Shown here: positions 27,596 through 37,103 of the stretch, piece after piece | Position numbering within the stretch: position 1 is the first letter of the stretch | Layout of the letters: the number at the start of each line of letters is the position of its first letter | From: an uncultured Actinomycetes bacterium | Lineage (GTDB): Bacteria > Actinomycetota > UBA4738 > HRBIN12 | Direction of reading: 5' to 3' | Length of the DNA stretch: 64,000 nucleotides | NCBI GenBank assembly: GCA_963766935.1 | Contig: CAVYBY010000002.1 | Coordinates: 289,372 to 353,371 of the forward strand | The notes under the pieces: generated by a model | Databases searched by the model: none | What the model was told of the DNA's origin: nothing | The model's input: only the letters and a program-made list of their open reading frames with translations | Made by a program: the position numbers and the translations under genes

Positions 27596-28927
27596 ATGCG
27601 CACGGTGGTCCTCGTCGACGGCGAGCACTACCCCCCGGTCACCCGCTGGGCGCTCGACGTCGCCCGCGAACGCGGGCACGAAGTGGTGGGTGCGCTCCTC
27701 GTGGGTGGTACGGAGAAGATCGATCCGAGCCACCTGCCGGATCTGGGTGTGCCGTTGCGGACGACGACGGGCGATCTCGGGGCGGCGCTCGCCGGCGCCG
27801 TCGCGGAGTGGTCTCCAGAGGCGGTCCTCGACCTTTCCGATGAGCCCGTCCTCGGCTACCGGGAGCGAATGGAGCTTGTCGCCGTCGCGCTGATCCAGGG
27901 GATCCCGTACATCGGCGCCGACTTCCGGATCGATCCCCCCGACAAAGGACCGCCGCTTCGGGTCCCCGCGCTCGCGGTGATCGGTACCGGCAAGCGAACC
28001 GGGAAGACGGCGATCGCGGGAGCGGTGGCGCGCCTCGCCGGCGCGCGGGGCCTCGATCCGATCGTCGTGGCGATGGGCCGCGGAGGCCCGGCCGCGCCCC
28101 AGGTGGCAGAGGCCGGCTCGGTCGACCTCGCGCGGCTGCTGGCGCTCGTCGCCGCCGGGGAGCACGCCGCCTCCGACTATCTGGAGGACGCACTGACGAC
28201 CGGGGTGACCACGATCGGGGCTCGCCGTGCGGGGGGCGGGCTGGCCGGCGCACCCTTTGCCTCGAACGTTCGCGAGGCCGCGGAGCTGGCGGCCGGGCGC
28301 GACCCGGGCCTCGTGATCCTCGAAGGAAGCGGCGCGGCGGTGCCGCCCGTTCCCTGGGATGCGGCCGTCCTCGCCGTTCCCGCCGGGCTCCCGCCCGAGT
28401 ACCTGGGCGGGTATCTGGGCCCCTACCGCCTGTTGCGATCGGACCTGGTGGTTGTTACGATGGCGGGCAGCCCATCAGCTGGGCAAGAGAACCTCTCCGC
28501 ACTGTCCTCCCACGTCGGCCGTTTCTTGGGCGATGCACGGATGGTCGTTACCGACTTCCGACCCGAGCCTCTGGCAGACGTCCGGGACCGTGAGGTGTTC
28601 TTCGCCACGACGGCGCCCCCGGAGGCGGCCGCGAGGCAGATGCGTCACCTCGAGGCCGAGCAGGGATGCCGGATCGTGGGGTGGAGCACCAGGCTGGCCG
28701 ACCGGGCCGGCCTCGCCGAGGATCTCGACAAGGCCCACGCGTACGACGTCCTCCTTACGGAGTTGAAGGCCGCAGCGGTCGACGTGGCTTGCGAGCGAGC
28801 CCTCGCCCGGGGGGCGGAGGTCGTGTTTGTGGACAATCGCGCCGTTGTCGTGGACGGAACCACCGACCTCGATACGGCGCTCGGGGAGATCGTCGAGCTC
28901 GCTCTCGAGCGGGCCTCGGCGCGGTGA
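27596..28927 (+). CDS. Putative cyclic 2,3-diphosphoglycerate synthetase (cDPGS-like)
   Basis: 443 aa. N-terminal LVDGEHY, and a P-loop-like GTGKRTGKT in the middle. This architecture matches my recollection of the archaeal cpgS family. Confidence 0.65.
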   Translation: MRTVVLVDGEHYPPVTRWALDVARERGHEVVGALLVGGTEKIDPSHLPDLGVPLRTTTGDLGAALAGAVAEWSPEAVLDLSDEPVLGYRERMELVAVALIQGIPYIGADFRIDPPDKGPPLRVPALAVIGTGKRTGKTAIAGAVARLAGARGLDPIVVAMGRGGPAAPQVAEAGSVDLARLLALVAAGEHAASDYLEDALTTGVTTIGARRAGGGLAGAPFASNVREAAELAAGRDPGLVILEGSGAAVPPVPWDAAVLAVPAGLPPEYLGGYLGPYRLLRSDLVVVTMAGSPSAGQENLSALSSHVGRFLGDARMVVTDFRPEPLADVRDREVFFATTAPPEAAARQMRHLEAEQGCRIVGWSTRLADRAGLAEDLDKAHAYDVLLTELKAAAVDVACERALARGAEVVFVDNRAVVVDGTTDLDTALGEIVELALERASAR

Positions 28928-28931
28928 AACG

Positions 28932-29891
28932 ATGACGCAGAAAGAACCAAAGACTCCCCAGATCGTGATTACCGATCGCGAGCCTGGTCTGCCCTTCTCG
29001 AAGGGCCTGCTGGCCTCGCAGATGATGGTGACGGGACTGCCGCCCGACCGGGCATACGTGGTTGCCGATGCCGTCGAGGACCGGCTTCTCGATGCCGGCC
29101 GGACCTCGCTCACCAGCGAGGAGCTCTCCCAGGTCGCCCTCGAGACGATCGTCGAGGTGGCGGGGGAGCGCTACGGCGTCAATTTCGAACGGTGGCGCGC
29201 GGTCGAGATGCTCGAGGTCCCGCTCGTGATCCTGATCGGGGGCGCGACGGGCGTCGGCAAGTCGACGATCGCGACGCAGCTGGCCGCACGTCTGGGCATC
29301 GTCCGCGTGGTCGCCACCGACGCGATCCGCGAGGTGATGCGGTCGATGCTCTCGGCCGCGCTGATGCCGACCCTGCACATCTCGTCGTTCGAGGCGGACC
29401 GGGCGCTCTCCGAGCCGCCGACCAAAGCTTCGGACGCCCTCATCCTCGGGTTCCGCGAGCAGACGGCCGCGGTATCGGTCGGCATCAACGCGCTGATCGA
29501 GCGGGCCGTGCTCGAACGCACGAGCATCGTGATCGAGGGCGCCCATGTGGTGCCGGGATTCTTCGACACCGCCTCGTTCGCGGACCGCCTGGTCGCGGTA
29601 CCCTTCGTCCTGGGTGTCGACGACGAAGATCGTCACCTGATGCACTTCGCCTCCCGAGAGGACGCCGTCGGCGCCAGGCCGGCCGCGCGCTATGCGAGCG
29701 GATTCACGAACATCCGCCGCCTCCAGCGATATGTGAAGAGCCAGGCGCTCTCCCACGGCGTGCCGGTCGTGCCCAACTACAGCTTCGATCAGGCGCTGGC
29801 CGCCGTGATCGACCTCGTGATGGATCGCGCCACACAGCGGGCGCGCGAGCTCGGGGGCCCAAGGCCGGATGAGGAAGGACGGACGGCATGA
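28932..29891 (+). CDS. Putative 2-phosphoglycerate kinase (COG2074-like)
   Basis: N-terminal ATP-cone-like region, then a P-loop kinase with GGATGVGKSTIATQLA and the downstream ATDAIRE motif. Confidence 0.65.
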   Translation: MTQKEPKTPQIVITDREPGLPFSKGLLASQMMVTGLPPDRAYVVADAVEDRLLDAGRTSLTSEELSQVALETIVEVAGERYGVNFERWRAVEMLEVPLVILIGGATGVGKSTIATQLAARLGIVRVVATDAIREVMRSMLSAALMPTLHISSFEADRALSEPPTKASDALILGFREQTAAVSVGINALIERAVLERTSIVIEGAHVVPGFFDTASFADRLVAVPFVLGVDDEDRHLMHFASREDAVGARPAARYASGFTNIRRLQRYVKSQALSHGVPVVPNYSFDQALAAVIDLVMDRATQRARELGGPRPDEEGRTA

Positions 29892-30550
29892 GGCTCTTCT
29901 TGGACACAGCCGACATCGACGAGATCCGTGAGATCAATCGGTGGGGCGTGCTCTCGGGGGTCACCACCAATCCGAGCCTCGTCGCGAAAGAGGGGCAGGA
30001 CCCCGACACCGTGTGGAAGGAGATCCTCGAAGAGGTCCCCGGCGACATCTCGCTCGAGACGACGGAGCCCGAGGCCGGCCCGATGGAGGAGCAGGGCCGC
30101 AGGCTCGCGGAGAAGGCGCCAAACGTCGTGGTGAAGGTCCCGATGACCCCCGCCGGGCTCGAGGCCGGTTCCCGGCTCACCGCCGACGGCATCAGGATCA
30201 ACGTGACCCTGGTGTTCTCTCCGACGCAGGCGATCCTTGCCGCCGAGATCGGCGCCTACATCGTCTCGCCGTTCATCGGCCGCATCGACGACTCGGCGAG
30301 CGACGGCATGCACGCCCTGCGGCAGATCTGCGAGATCTACCGCGTTCAGGGCTACGCGACGAACGTGCTCGCGGCCTCGCTTCGCCATCCGATGCACGTC
30401 GTGGATGCCGCCCTGGCGGGCGCGCAGATCGCGACGCTGCCGTACGACGTCTTCACCAAGCTGGTGAAGCACCCACTGACCGACCTCGGCCTGGACCGGT
30501 TCCAGGCCGACTGGAACAAGCTCCAAGCTGAGTTGAAGGGAGAGGCATAG
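29888..30550 (+). CDS. tal: Transaldolase (short Fsa/type-3B family)
   Basis: MRLFLDTADIDEI and VTTNPSL motifs. Schiff-base lysine context VVVKVPMTPAG. ATGA overlap with the upstream gene. Confidence 0.9.
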   Translation: MRLFLDTADIDEIREINRWGVLSGVTTNPSLVAKEGQDPDTVWKEILEEVPGDISLETTEPEAGPMEEQGRRLAEKAPNVVVKVPMTPAGLEAGSRLTADGIRINVTLVFSPTQAILAAEIGAYIVSPFIGRIDDSASDGMHALRQICEIYRVQGYATNVLAASLRHPMHVVDAALAGAQIATLPYDVFTKLVKHPLTDLGLDRFQADWNKLQAELKGEA

Positions 30551-30554
30551 CCTC

Positions 30555-32309
30555 ATGGAGACCATCACGGATCGCAGCGATCTTCAGGGGAAGCTTCTCC
30601 CCGAGCTGCAACGCATCGCCGAGGGACTGGGCATCGAAGGAGTGCCGCGTCTGCGCAAGGCCGGCCTGATCGACGCCATCGTCGAGCGGTCCCAGAACGG
30701 GTCCGGCGGCGCCGCCGAGGGCGGCTCCAGAACCTCCGTGGCCACGCGTCCGAAGACCTCGACACGAACGGAGACCGAGACCGAGGCCGACGAGGACACT
30801 GATTCGGACGACGACGACGACGACGAGGAGGAGGGCGGGACCGAGGCCGGGGCCGGCAACGAGCGCCTGGCAACGACGAGGAGCGAGCCCACCGGCGGAG
30901 CACGGCCGTCCGACGGTCGCCCCCGCGACGGACGCCCCCGTGGCGACGGACGCCCCCGTGGCGACCGTTCGCGCGACGGCGCTCCGCGCGAGGGCAGTCC
31001 CCGCGACGGCAGTCCGCGAGACGGCGCCCCGCGGGAGGGAAACCGGTCGGAGCGGCCGGACGCCCGCGGCGACGGTCTCGACGGGCAACCCGGTGGACGC
31101 CGGCGCCGGCCCTCGCGCGAAGAGCGGCGCAAGATGCGCGAAGACCGCCGGCTGCGCGAGGAGCAGGAGCGGGTCGAGATGCTCGAGACCGCGCCGACCA
31201 AGGGCGGCATCCTCGACATCCTTCCGGAGGGGTACGGGTTCCTGCGGACCTCCGGCTACCTGCCGGGTTCCGAGGACATCTACGTCTCGCTGTCCCAGGC
31301 TCGCCGCCACCAGCTCCGCAAGGGGGACATGGTCGAGGGCAAGGTCCGCCAGCCCCGCGACAACGAGAAGTACTGGGCGTTGCTCGAGGTCGAGGCCGTC
31401 AACGGCATGGATGTCGAGACCGCGAAACAGCGAAGGACCTTCGACAAGCTCACGCCGCTCTTCCCCGACGAGCGGTTCCGGCTCGAATCCGGCCCCTCCG
31501 CCGTCACCGAGCGCATCGTCGACATGGTCGCGCCGATCGGCAAGGGCCAGCGTGGCATGGTCGTCTCGCCGCCGAAGGCGGGAAAGACGACCATCCTCAA
31601 GCAGATCGCGAACGGGATCGTCCAGTCGAGCCCCGAGACCCACGTGATCGTGCTGCTCGTCGACGAGCGTCCCGAGGAGGTCACGGACTGGCAGCGCACG
31701 GTCGAAGCCGCCGAGGTCGTCTACTCGACGTTCGACCGTCCGGCCGACCAGCACATCCAGATCACGGAGCTGGTGCTCGAACGGGCCCGCCGCCTTGCCG
31801 AAGCCGGCATGGACGTGGCGATCCTGCTCGACTCGATCACTCGTCTCGCGCGCGCCTACAACCTGGCGGCTCCGGCATCCGGGAAGATCCTGTCGGGCGG
31901 TGTCGACTCGACTGCCCTGTACCCGCCAAAGCGGTTCTTCGGGGCGGCGCGCAACATCGAGGAGGGCGGGTCGCTCACGATCATCGCGAGCGCACTCGTC
32001 GAAACGGGCTCGAGGATGGACGAGGTGATCTTCGAGGAGTTCAAGGGCACCGGGAATATGGAGCTCCGGCTCGACCGTTCTCTTGCCGAGAAGCGACTGT
32101 TCCCCGCCATCAACGTCGACGCCTCCGGCACCCGCAAAGAGGAGCTGTTGCTTCCTCCGGACGAGCTGGCACTCGTGATCAAGCTCCGGCGGGTGCTGCA
32201 CGCCCTCGACGCGGGAGCGGCGCTCGAACTGCTGACCGACAAGATCCGGGCCACGAAGTCCAACGAGCAGTTCCTGCGAGAGATCGCCAAGGCGCCGTCG
32301 GGTGGGTAG
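30555..32309 (+). CDS. rho: Transcription termination factor Rho with actinobacterial N-terminal insertion
   Basis: 584 aa. Acidic then Arg/Asp/Gly-rich repeat insert, CSD-like RNA-binding region, and Walker A PPKAGKTT. Confidence 0.95.
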   Translation: METITDRSDLQGKLLPELQRIAEGLGIEGVPRLRKAGLIDAIVERSQNGSGGAAEGGSRTSVATRPKTSTRTETETEADEDTDSDDDDDDEEEGGTEAGAGNERLATTRSEPTGGARPSDGRPRDGRPRGDGRPRGDRSRDGAPREGSPRDGSPRDGAPREGNRSERPDARGDGLDGQPGGRRRRPSREERRKMREDRRLREEQERVEMLETAPTKGGILDILPEGYGFLRTSGYLPGSEDIYVSLSQARRHQLRKGDMVEGKVRQPRDNEKYWALLEVEAVNGMDVETAKQRRTFDKLTPLFPDERFRLESGPSAVTERIVDMVAPIGKGQRGMVVSPPKAGKTTILKQIANGIVQSSPETHVIVLLVDERPEEVTDWQRTVEAAEVVYSTFDRPADQHIQITELVLERARRLAEAGMDVAILLDSITRLARAYNLAAPASGKILSGGVDSTALYPPKRFFGAARNIEEGGSLTIIASALVETGSRMDEVIFEEFKGTGNMELRLDRSLAEKRLFPAINVDASGTRKEELLLPPDELALVIKLRRVLHALDAGAALELLTDKIRATKSNEQFLREIAKAPSGG

Positions 32310-32371
32310 AGGGGCCGGCGGGTAGCTTTCCGGCGCCGAACGAGGCAAGAAGAAGAGATGAGGAGGCACCC

Positions 32372-32647
32372 ATGAAGCAGGGCATCCACCCCGACTACCA
32401 GATCGCGAGCGTGCACTGCTCGTGTGGCAACACGTTCCAGACGCGGTCGACCGTCGGAGAGATCCGCGCCGACATCTGCTCGAACTGCCACCCGTTCTAC
32501 ACGGGCAAGCAGAAGCTGATCGATGCCGGCGGCCGGGTCGAGCGCTTCCAGCGCCGGTACGCCAAGACCGAGGCGGCCCGCGCCAAGCGGGCGTCCGAGA
32601 GCTCGGCACCGCAACCGCGGGCGACCTCCGAACCGACCGACTCGTAG
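32372..32647 (+). CDS. rpmE: 50S ribosomal protein L31 (zinc-ribbon type) with C-terminal tail
   Basis: CSCG...CSNCHP zinc-ribbon. GGAGG RBS 7 nt upstream. Confidence 0.9.
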   Translation: MKQGIHPDYQIASVHCSCGNTFQTRSTVGEIRADICSNCHPFYTGKQKLIDAGGRVERFQRRYAKTEAARAKRASESSAPQPRATSEPTDS

Positions 32648-32653
32648 CGCGGC

Positions 32654-33556
32654 GTGGCCGAGTCCGACCCGACCCCGGCGGCGCACCTCTACGGAGGCCA
32701 GGCCGTCGTCGAAGGCGTGATGATGCGTGGGGCGGGTCACTGGGCCGTCGCGGTTCGGTGCCCGGACCGTTCCATCTGGGTCGAGTCGCATGAGATCGAC
32801 TCGATCGCGCGGCGGTACCCGTTTCTCGCCAACCCGTTCGTGCGCGGCATCATCGTGCTCGGACAGTCGCTGGTCATCGGGACGCGGGCACTGATGATCT
32901 CGACGAACAAATCGGCCGAGGACGATCGACAGCTTTCCTCTCGCGAGGCGGGAATCGCGCTCGGCGTCGCGATGGTCGTGTTCATCGCGGTGTTCATCGT
33001 CGGGCCGACCGCGTTGTTCCACGTGCTTCGCGGTCGCGTAGGCGGTGGGAGATGGAGCAACGTGCTGGAGGGCGTGTTCCGGGTGGTGCTCTTCGTGGCG
33101 TACCTCTGGGGGATCGGCCGCGCGAAGGACATCGGGCGCGTGTACGAGTATCACGGCGCCGAACACATGACGATCGCCGCGTGGGAGCACGGAGACGAGC
33201 TCGTTCCGCCGGCCGTCGGGAGATACCCGAAGGAGCACGTCCGCTGCGGGACGAACTTCCTGATCATCGTGATGATCATCACGATCCTCGTCTTCTCGTT
33301 CATCGGGACGCCGGGCATCCTGTGGCGCATCCTCTCGCGGCTCGTTGCGATCCCGGTCATCGCCGGCCTCGCCTATGAGGCGCTCCGCCTCGGCGCACGC
33401 TTTCCGAACTCGGCGCTCATGCGCGGACTGATGGCCCCGGGTATTTGGCTCCAGCACATCACCACTCGAATGCCGGACACCGACGAGATGGACGTCGCCA
33501 TCGCCTCGTTCCGCGAGGTGCTTCGCCGCGAAGGGGAGCCGGCGGGCGCCCCCTGA
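32654..33556 (+). CDS. DUF1385 (YqhQ-like) membrane protein
   Basis: YGGQAVVEGVMMRG N-terminus and HGAEHMTIAA motif. Multiple TM helices. Confidence 0.7.
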   Translation: MAESDPTPAAHLYGGQAVVEGVMMRGAGHWAVAVRCPDRSIWVESHEIDSIARRYPFLANPFVRGIIVLGQSLVIGTRALMISTNKSAEDDRQLSSREAGIALGVAMVVFIAVFIVGPTALFHVLRGRVGGGRWSNVLEGVFRVVLFVAYLWGIGRAKDIGRVYEYHGAEHMTIAAWEHGDELVPPAVGRYPKEHVRCGTNFLIIVMIITILVFSFIGTPGILWRILSRLVAIPVIAGLAYEALRLGARFPNSALMRGLMAPGIWLQHITTRMPDTDEMDVAIASFREVLRREGEPAGAP

Positions 33557-33557
33557 C

Positions 33558-33593
33558 GCAACAGCCATCCTGCGAACGCTGCAGGGCTGTTGC
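33558..33593 (+). terminator. GC-rich nested stem-loop immediately after the DUF1385 stop (candidate intrinsic terminator, no U-tract)
   Basis: GCAACAGCC(33558-66) pairs with GGCTGTTGC(33585-93). An inner CCTGC/GCAGG stem has a 7-nt loop. A second hairpin CCCGAT..ATCGGG follows. Confidence 0.35.
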
Positions 33594-33668
33594 CCGATAA
33601 GTCGTTGCATCGGGCGCGCGGGGCCGACAAGATAGGCGTTTGGTATCCAGTTTGGGGAGGACAACCAC

Positions 33669-34409
33669 ATGGCCATGGATGATCTGAACCTCCCGCTCCT
33701 TCCGAGCGCAGAACAGATTCGCCGCCGAGAGTTCGCGACCGTCCGCCGCGGATACGACCCCGACCAGGTTCGCGACTATCTGCTCTCCGTCGCCCGGCAG
33801 GTCGAGACGCTCGAGAAGGAAGTGCGAGAGATCCGCAAGGCGGGCAGTGCGCCGGCCGTCGAGAGCATGGTTGCGCCGGCGCCCGAAGGCGACCCGTATG
33901 AACAGGTGGCGAAGCGGTTCGCCGAGGTGCTCGGTACGGCGGATCGTGAGTCGTCGCGGATCGTCAACGACGCACGCCTCGAGTCGAGCCAGGTCCTCGA
34001 GCGCGCGCGAACCGAGGCCGATCGCATCCGAGTCGACGCGCAGGCAAAGGCCGAAGGCGCGCGACTCGAGGGCAACGAGGTCCTGTCGCAGGCAAAGGCG
34101 GAGGCCGACCGCATCCTGTCGGGCCTCGGGGACCGCCGCCGCGCCCTGCTCGCGCAGCTGAAGGACATGCGGGCGCGCCTGCTGACGGTTGCGGCAGAGC
34201 TCCGGCTCGACGACGAGATGCCCGAACCGATGGAGGCCGACGCTCGGATGGGCATGCAGACCGGCGCCGGGACCCTCTCGGGAATGCCGGCCGATGACGC
34301 GGACGCCGAAGCGGACCGGTCCGGGTCCGTCTGGATCTCACGACCCTCGACCGTGGAGATTCCCGATCTCACCGAAGCCGAGGGTTCGGGCCAAGACCAG
34401 AAGGACTGA
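33669..34409 (+). CDS. DivIVA domain-containing protein
   Basis: N-terminal DivIVA motif LSAEQIRRREFATVRRGYDPDQVRDYL, then an Ala/Glu/Arg-rich coiled coil. Confidence 0.8.
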   Translation: MAMDDLNLPLLPSAEQIRRREFATVRRGYDPDQVRDYLLSVARQVETLEKEVREIRKAGSAPAVESMVAPAPEGDPYEQVAKRFAEVLGTADRESSRIVNDARLESSQVLERARTEADRIRVDAQAKAEGARLEGNEVLSQAKAEADRILSGLGDRRRALLAQLKDMRARLLTVAAELRLDDEMPEPMEADARMGMQTGAGTLSGMPADDADAEADRSGSVWISRPSTVEIPDLTEAEGSGQDQKD

Positions 34410-34507
34410 CCTCGATCGGGTCGTCCGGCCGCGGGATTTGGCCGCGGCATTTTGGCCGGATCTTGGCCGCGGCATTTTGGCTGCGGGCTGGCTGAGACAC
34501 TGGCGCC

Positions 34508-35608
34508 ATGGCGGACATGGATGCGCGGCTCGAAGAGATCGAGCGGCGTCACGACGAGCTGGCCGCGGCGATGGCGACCCCCGAGGCGGCGGCCGATCCA
34601 GGCCGGCTGCGCGACCTCGGCCGGGCCTTCGCCGAGCTCGACGAGATCGTTCGTTGCTACCGCGAGCTTCGCGATGTCCGCCATCAGGCGGCCGAGGCCC
34701 GGGAGCTGTCGGAGGCGGAAACCGATCCCGAGATGGCCGGGTTCTTCCGCGAGGAGGCCGAGCGAGCCGAGGCCAAGACCGAGAAGCTCGCCGGGCGACT
34801 CGAGTCGCTGCTGGTTCCCGCGGACGCCAATGACGGAAAGGACCTGATCGTCGAGATCCGCGCCGGCGCCGGCGGGCAGGAGGCAGCCCTGTGGGCGGGC
34901 GAGCTGCTCGACATGTACCGGCGCCTCGCCGAGCGGCGGCGATGGAGGACCGACGTGATCGCCTCGTCCCCCGCCGATCTCGGCGGGTTCAAGGAAGTCT
35001 CGCTCGAAGTCCGGGGCCGCGACGCGAACATGCGGCTCAAGCACGAGTCGGGCGTGCACCGCGTTCAACGCGTTCCGGTGACCGAGTCCTCGGGCCGTCT
35101 TCACACTTCAACGGCTACCGTGGCGGTGATGCCCGAGGCCGACGAGGTCGAGGTCGAGCTCCGTCCGGAGGATCTCGACATCCAGGTGTTCCGATCGAGC
35201 GGCCCCGGCGGTCAATCGGTCAACACCACCGACTCCGCCGTCCGGATCGTCCACCGTCCGACCGGCGAAAAGGTCGAGGTCCAGGAGGAACGGTCCCAGC
35301 TCCAGAATCGCGAGAAGGCCATGCGCTATCTGCGGGCCCGGCTGCTGCGGATCGCTCAGGACGCTCAGGCGCGCGAGACGGCGGACGCGCGGAGGTCGAT
35401 GGTCGGGTCGGGGGAGCGGTCGGAGAAGATCAGGACCTACAATTTCCCCGAAGGCCGCGTGACCGACCACCGGATCCGGCTCACGACCCACGACCTTCCG
35501 GGCGTGCTTGCCGGCGGGGAGCCGCTCGACGAGATCACCGACAAGCTGCTCTCCGCCGAGCGCGCGGCGCAGCTTGCGAGCGGGAGCGACGCCGGAGGGG
35601 GCGAGTAG
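34508..35608 (+). CDS. prfA: Peptide chain release factor 1
   Basis: GGQ motif (SSGPGGQSVNTTDSAVRIVH). The RF1 tripeptide-motif region and overall RF1 layout. Confidence 0.95.
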   Translation: MADMDARLEEIERRHDELAAAMATPEAAADPGRLRDLGRAFAELDEIVRCYRELRDVRHQAAEARELSEAETDPEMAGFFREEAERAEAKTEKLAGRLESLLVPADANDGKDLIVEIRAGAGGQEAALWAGELLDMYRRLAERRRWRTDVIASSPADLGGFKEVSLEVRGRDANMRLKHESGVHRVQRVPVTESSGRLHTSTATVAVMPEADEVEVELRPEDLDIQVFRSSGPGGQSVNTTDSAVRIVHRPTGEKVEVQEERSQLQNREKAMRYLRARLLRIAQDAQARETADARRSMVGSGERSEKIRTYNFPEGRVTDHRIRLTTHDLPGVLAGGEPLDEITDKLLSAERAAQLASGSDAGGGE

Positions 35609-36441
35609 TGGGACCGGGGGAGGTTGCCCGTCGCGGCGCCCGCTACCTCGAGCGTCACGGCGTCGACAGTCCGGCCTCGACCGCCGAGGCGTTGCTCATG
35701 TCCGTGCTCGGAACCGACCGGGTGGGGTTGTACGGCCGTCGGCGGGAGCTCACGTCCGATGAGTCCAAGGTGTACGGGCGGGCCCTGTGCCGCCGATGCT
35801 CCGGGGTCCCGACACAGCACCTCACCGGCTTGCAGGGCTTCCGGCACCTCCTTCTCGCGGCGAGGCCCGGCGTCTTCGTGCCGCGGCCCGAGACCGAGGT
35901 GCTCGTCGATGCGGTGCTCGGTCTGCTCGGGGACCCGGGCGGGTCGCTCGTCGTCGACGTCGGGACCGGGTCGGGGGCGATTGCGCTCGCCCTCAAGCAG
36001 GAGGCGCCGTCGGCCACCGTGTGGGCCACGGACATCTCCGCCGACGCCGTCGCCCTGGCAACCGAGAACGCCGAGCGGGAGGGACTGGACGTGTCGATCG
36101 TTCTCGGAGATCTGTTGGAACCGCTCCCATCCGGTCTTCGCGGCCGGGTGGATCTCGTGGTCTCGAACCCCCCATACGTCGATCCGTCGGATGAGCTGTC
36201 GCTGCCGCCCGAGGTACGCGCCGACCCCAGGGCCGCGACGATCGGTGGACCCGAGGTGTACGTGCGCCTGTTCTCCGCTGCTTCGGACTGGCTCCGGCCG
36301 GGTGGTGGCATCGCGGTCGAGATCGACGAGCGACGGGCCGACGCCGTGGTCGCCACGGCACGCGACGCCGGGTTCGATCGGACGACCGTTCTGCCGGATC
36401 TCACCGGCCGCGACCGCGTCGTCCTCGCCCACGCGCCATGA
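35608..36441 (+). CDS. prmC: Release factor glutamine methyltransferase (PrmC/HemK)
   Basis: GTG start overlaps the prfA TAG by 1 nt. Motif I VVDVGTGSGAIA. NPPY motif. Confidence 0.85.
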   Translation: MGPGEVARRGARYLERHGVDSPASTAEALLMSVLGTDRVGLYGRRRELTSDESKVYGRALCRRCSGVPTQHLTGLQGFRHLLLAARPGVFVPRPETEVLVDAVLGLLGDPGGSLVVDVGTGSGAIALALKQEAPSATVWATDISADAVALATENAEREGLDVSIVLGDLLEPLPSGLRGRVDLVVSNPPYVDPSDELSLPPEVRADPRAATIGGPEVYVRLFSAASDWLRPGGGIAVEIDERRADAVVATARDAGFDRTTVLPDLTGRDRVVLAHAP

Positions 36442-37103
36442 GCCCGAAGCGCGCAGCCGGGGACGAAGACCGCCTGGTGGCGGAGGCCGCCGCCGCGGCA
36501 CGTCGAGGCGAGCTGATCGTGATCCCGACCGAGACCGTCTACGGCATCGCGACCCGGCCAGACGAACGCGCCGCGACGCGGGGGCTGTTCGAGGCGAAGC
36601 AACGCCCGCGCGATCTGGCGTTGCCGGTGCTGGCGGCTTCGGTCGAAGACCTTCGGTCCGTTGCTCGCCTGGACGCGCGCGCCGAACGGCTGGCGCTCGA
36701 GCTGTGGCCGGGTCCGCTGACGCTCGTCCTGCCCCGGGGACCTGTGTCGCTCGGGTGGTCCCTCGGCAGCGAGGGCGACACGGTCGCCGTTCGCGTGCCC
36801 GATCATCCGCTCGCGCTGGCCGTGCTCCGGGCGGCCGGACCGCTCGCGGTGACGAGCGCAAATCGATCCGGCAAGCAACCCGGACCGAGCTGCGAGGACG
36901 CGAAACAGCTCTTCGGCGATCTCGTCAGCGTCTACGTCTGCGGGGATGCGCCGCACACGGATGCCGCCCGGCGTTCGTCGACCGTCCTGGACCTCGCTCA
37001 CGGCGCCGCGAAGATTCTTCGCGCGGGTTCGCTCGACTCGGCAACGCTCAACTCGTTCCTGCCCGACGCAGAAGCGTTGCTAGACTCGCGGCCTCCACGA
37101 TGA
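36438..37103 (+). CDS. tsaC: L-threonylcarbamoyladenylate synthase (YrdC/YwlC/Sua5 domain)
   Basis: YrdC motifs IVIPTETVYGIA and SANRSG. Confidence 0.85.
   Translation: MSPKRAAGDEDRLVAEAAAAARRGELIVIPTETVYGIATRPDERAATRGLFEAKQRPRDLALPVLAASVEDLRSVARLDARAERLALELWPGPLTLVLPRGPVSLGWSLGSEGDTVAVRVPDHPLALAVLRAAGPLAVTSANRSGKQPGPSCEDAKQLFGDLVSVYVCGDAPHTDAARRSSTVLDLAHGAAKILRAGSLDSATLNSFLPDAEALLDSRPPR

Noticed and set aside
32309-32371. Short GC stem (CGGCG…CGCCG) after rho as an intrinsic terminator
   Set aside because: Stem of only ~5 bp with no U-tract. It is indistinguishable from background GC-rich self-complementarity.
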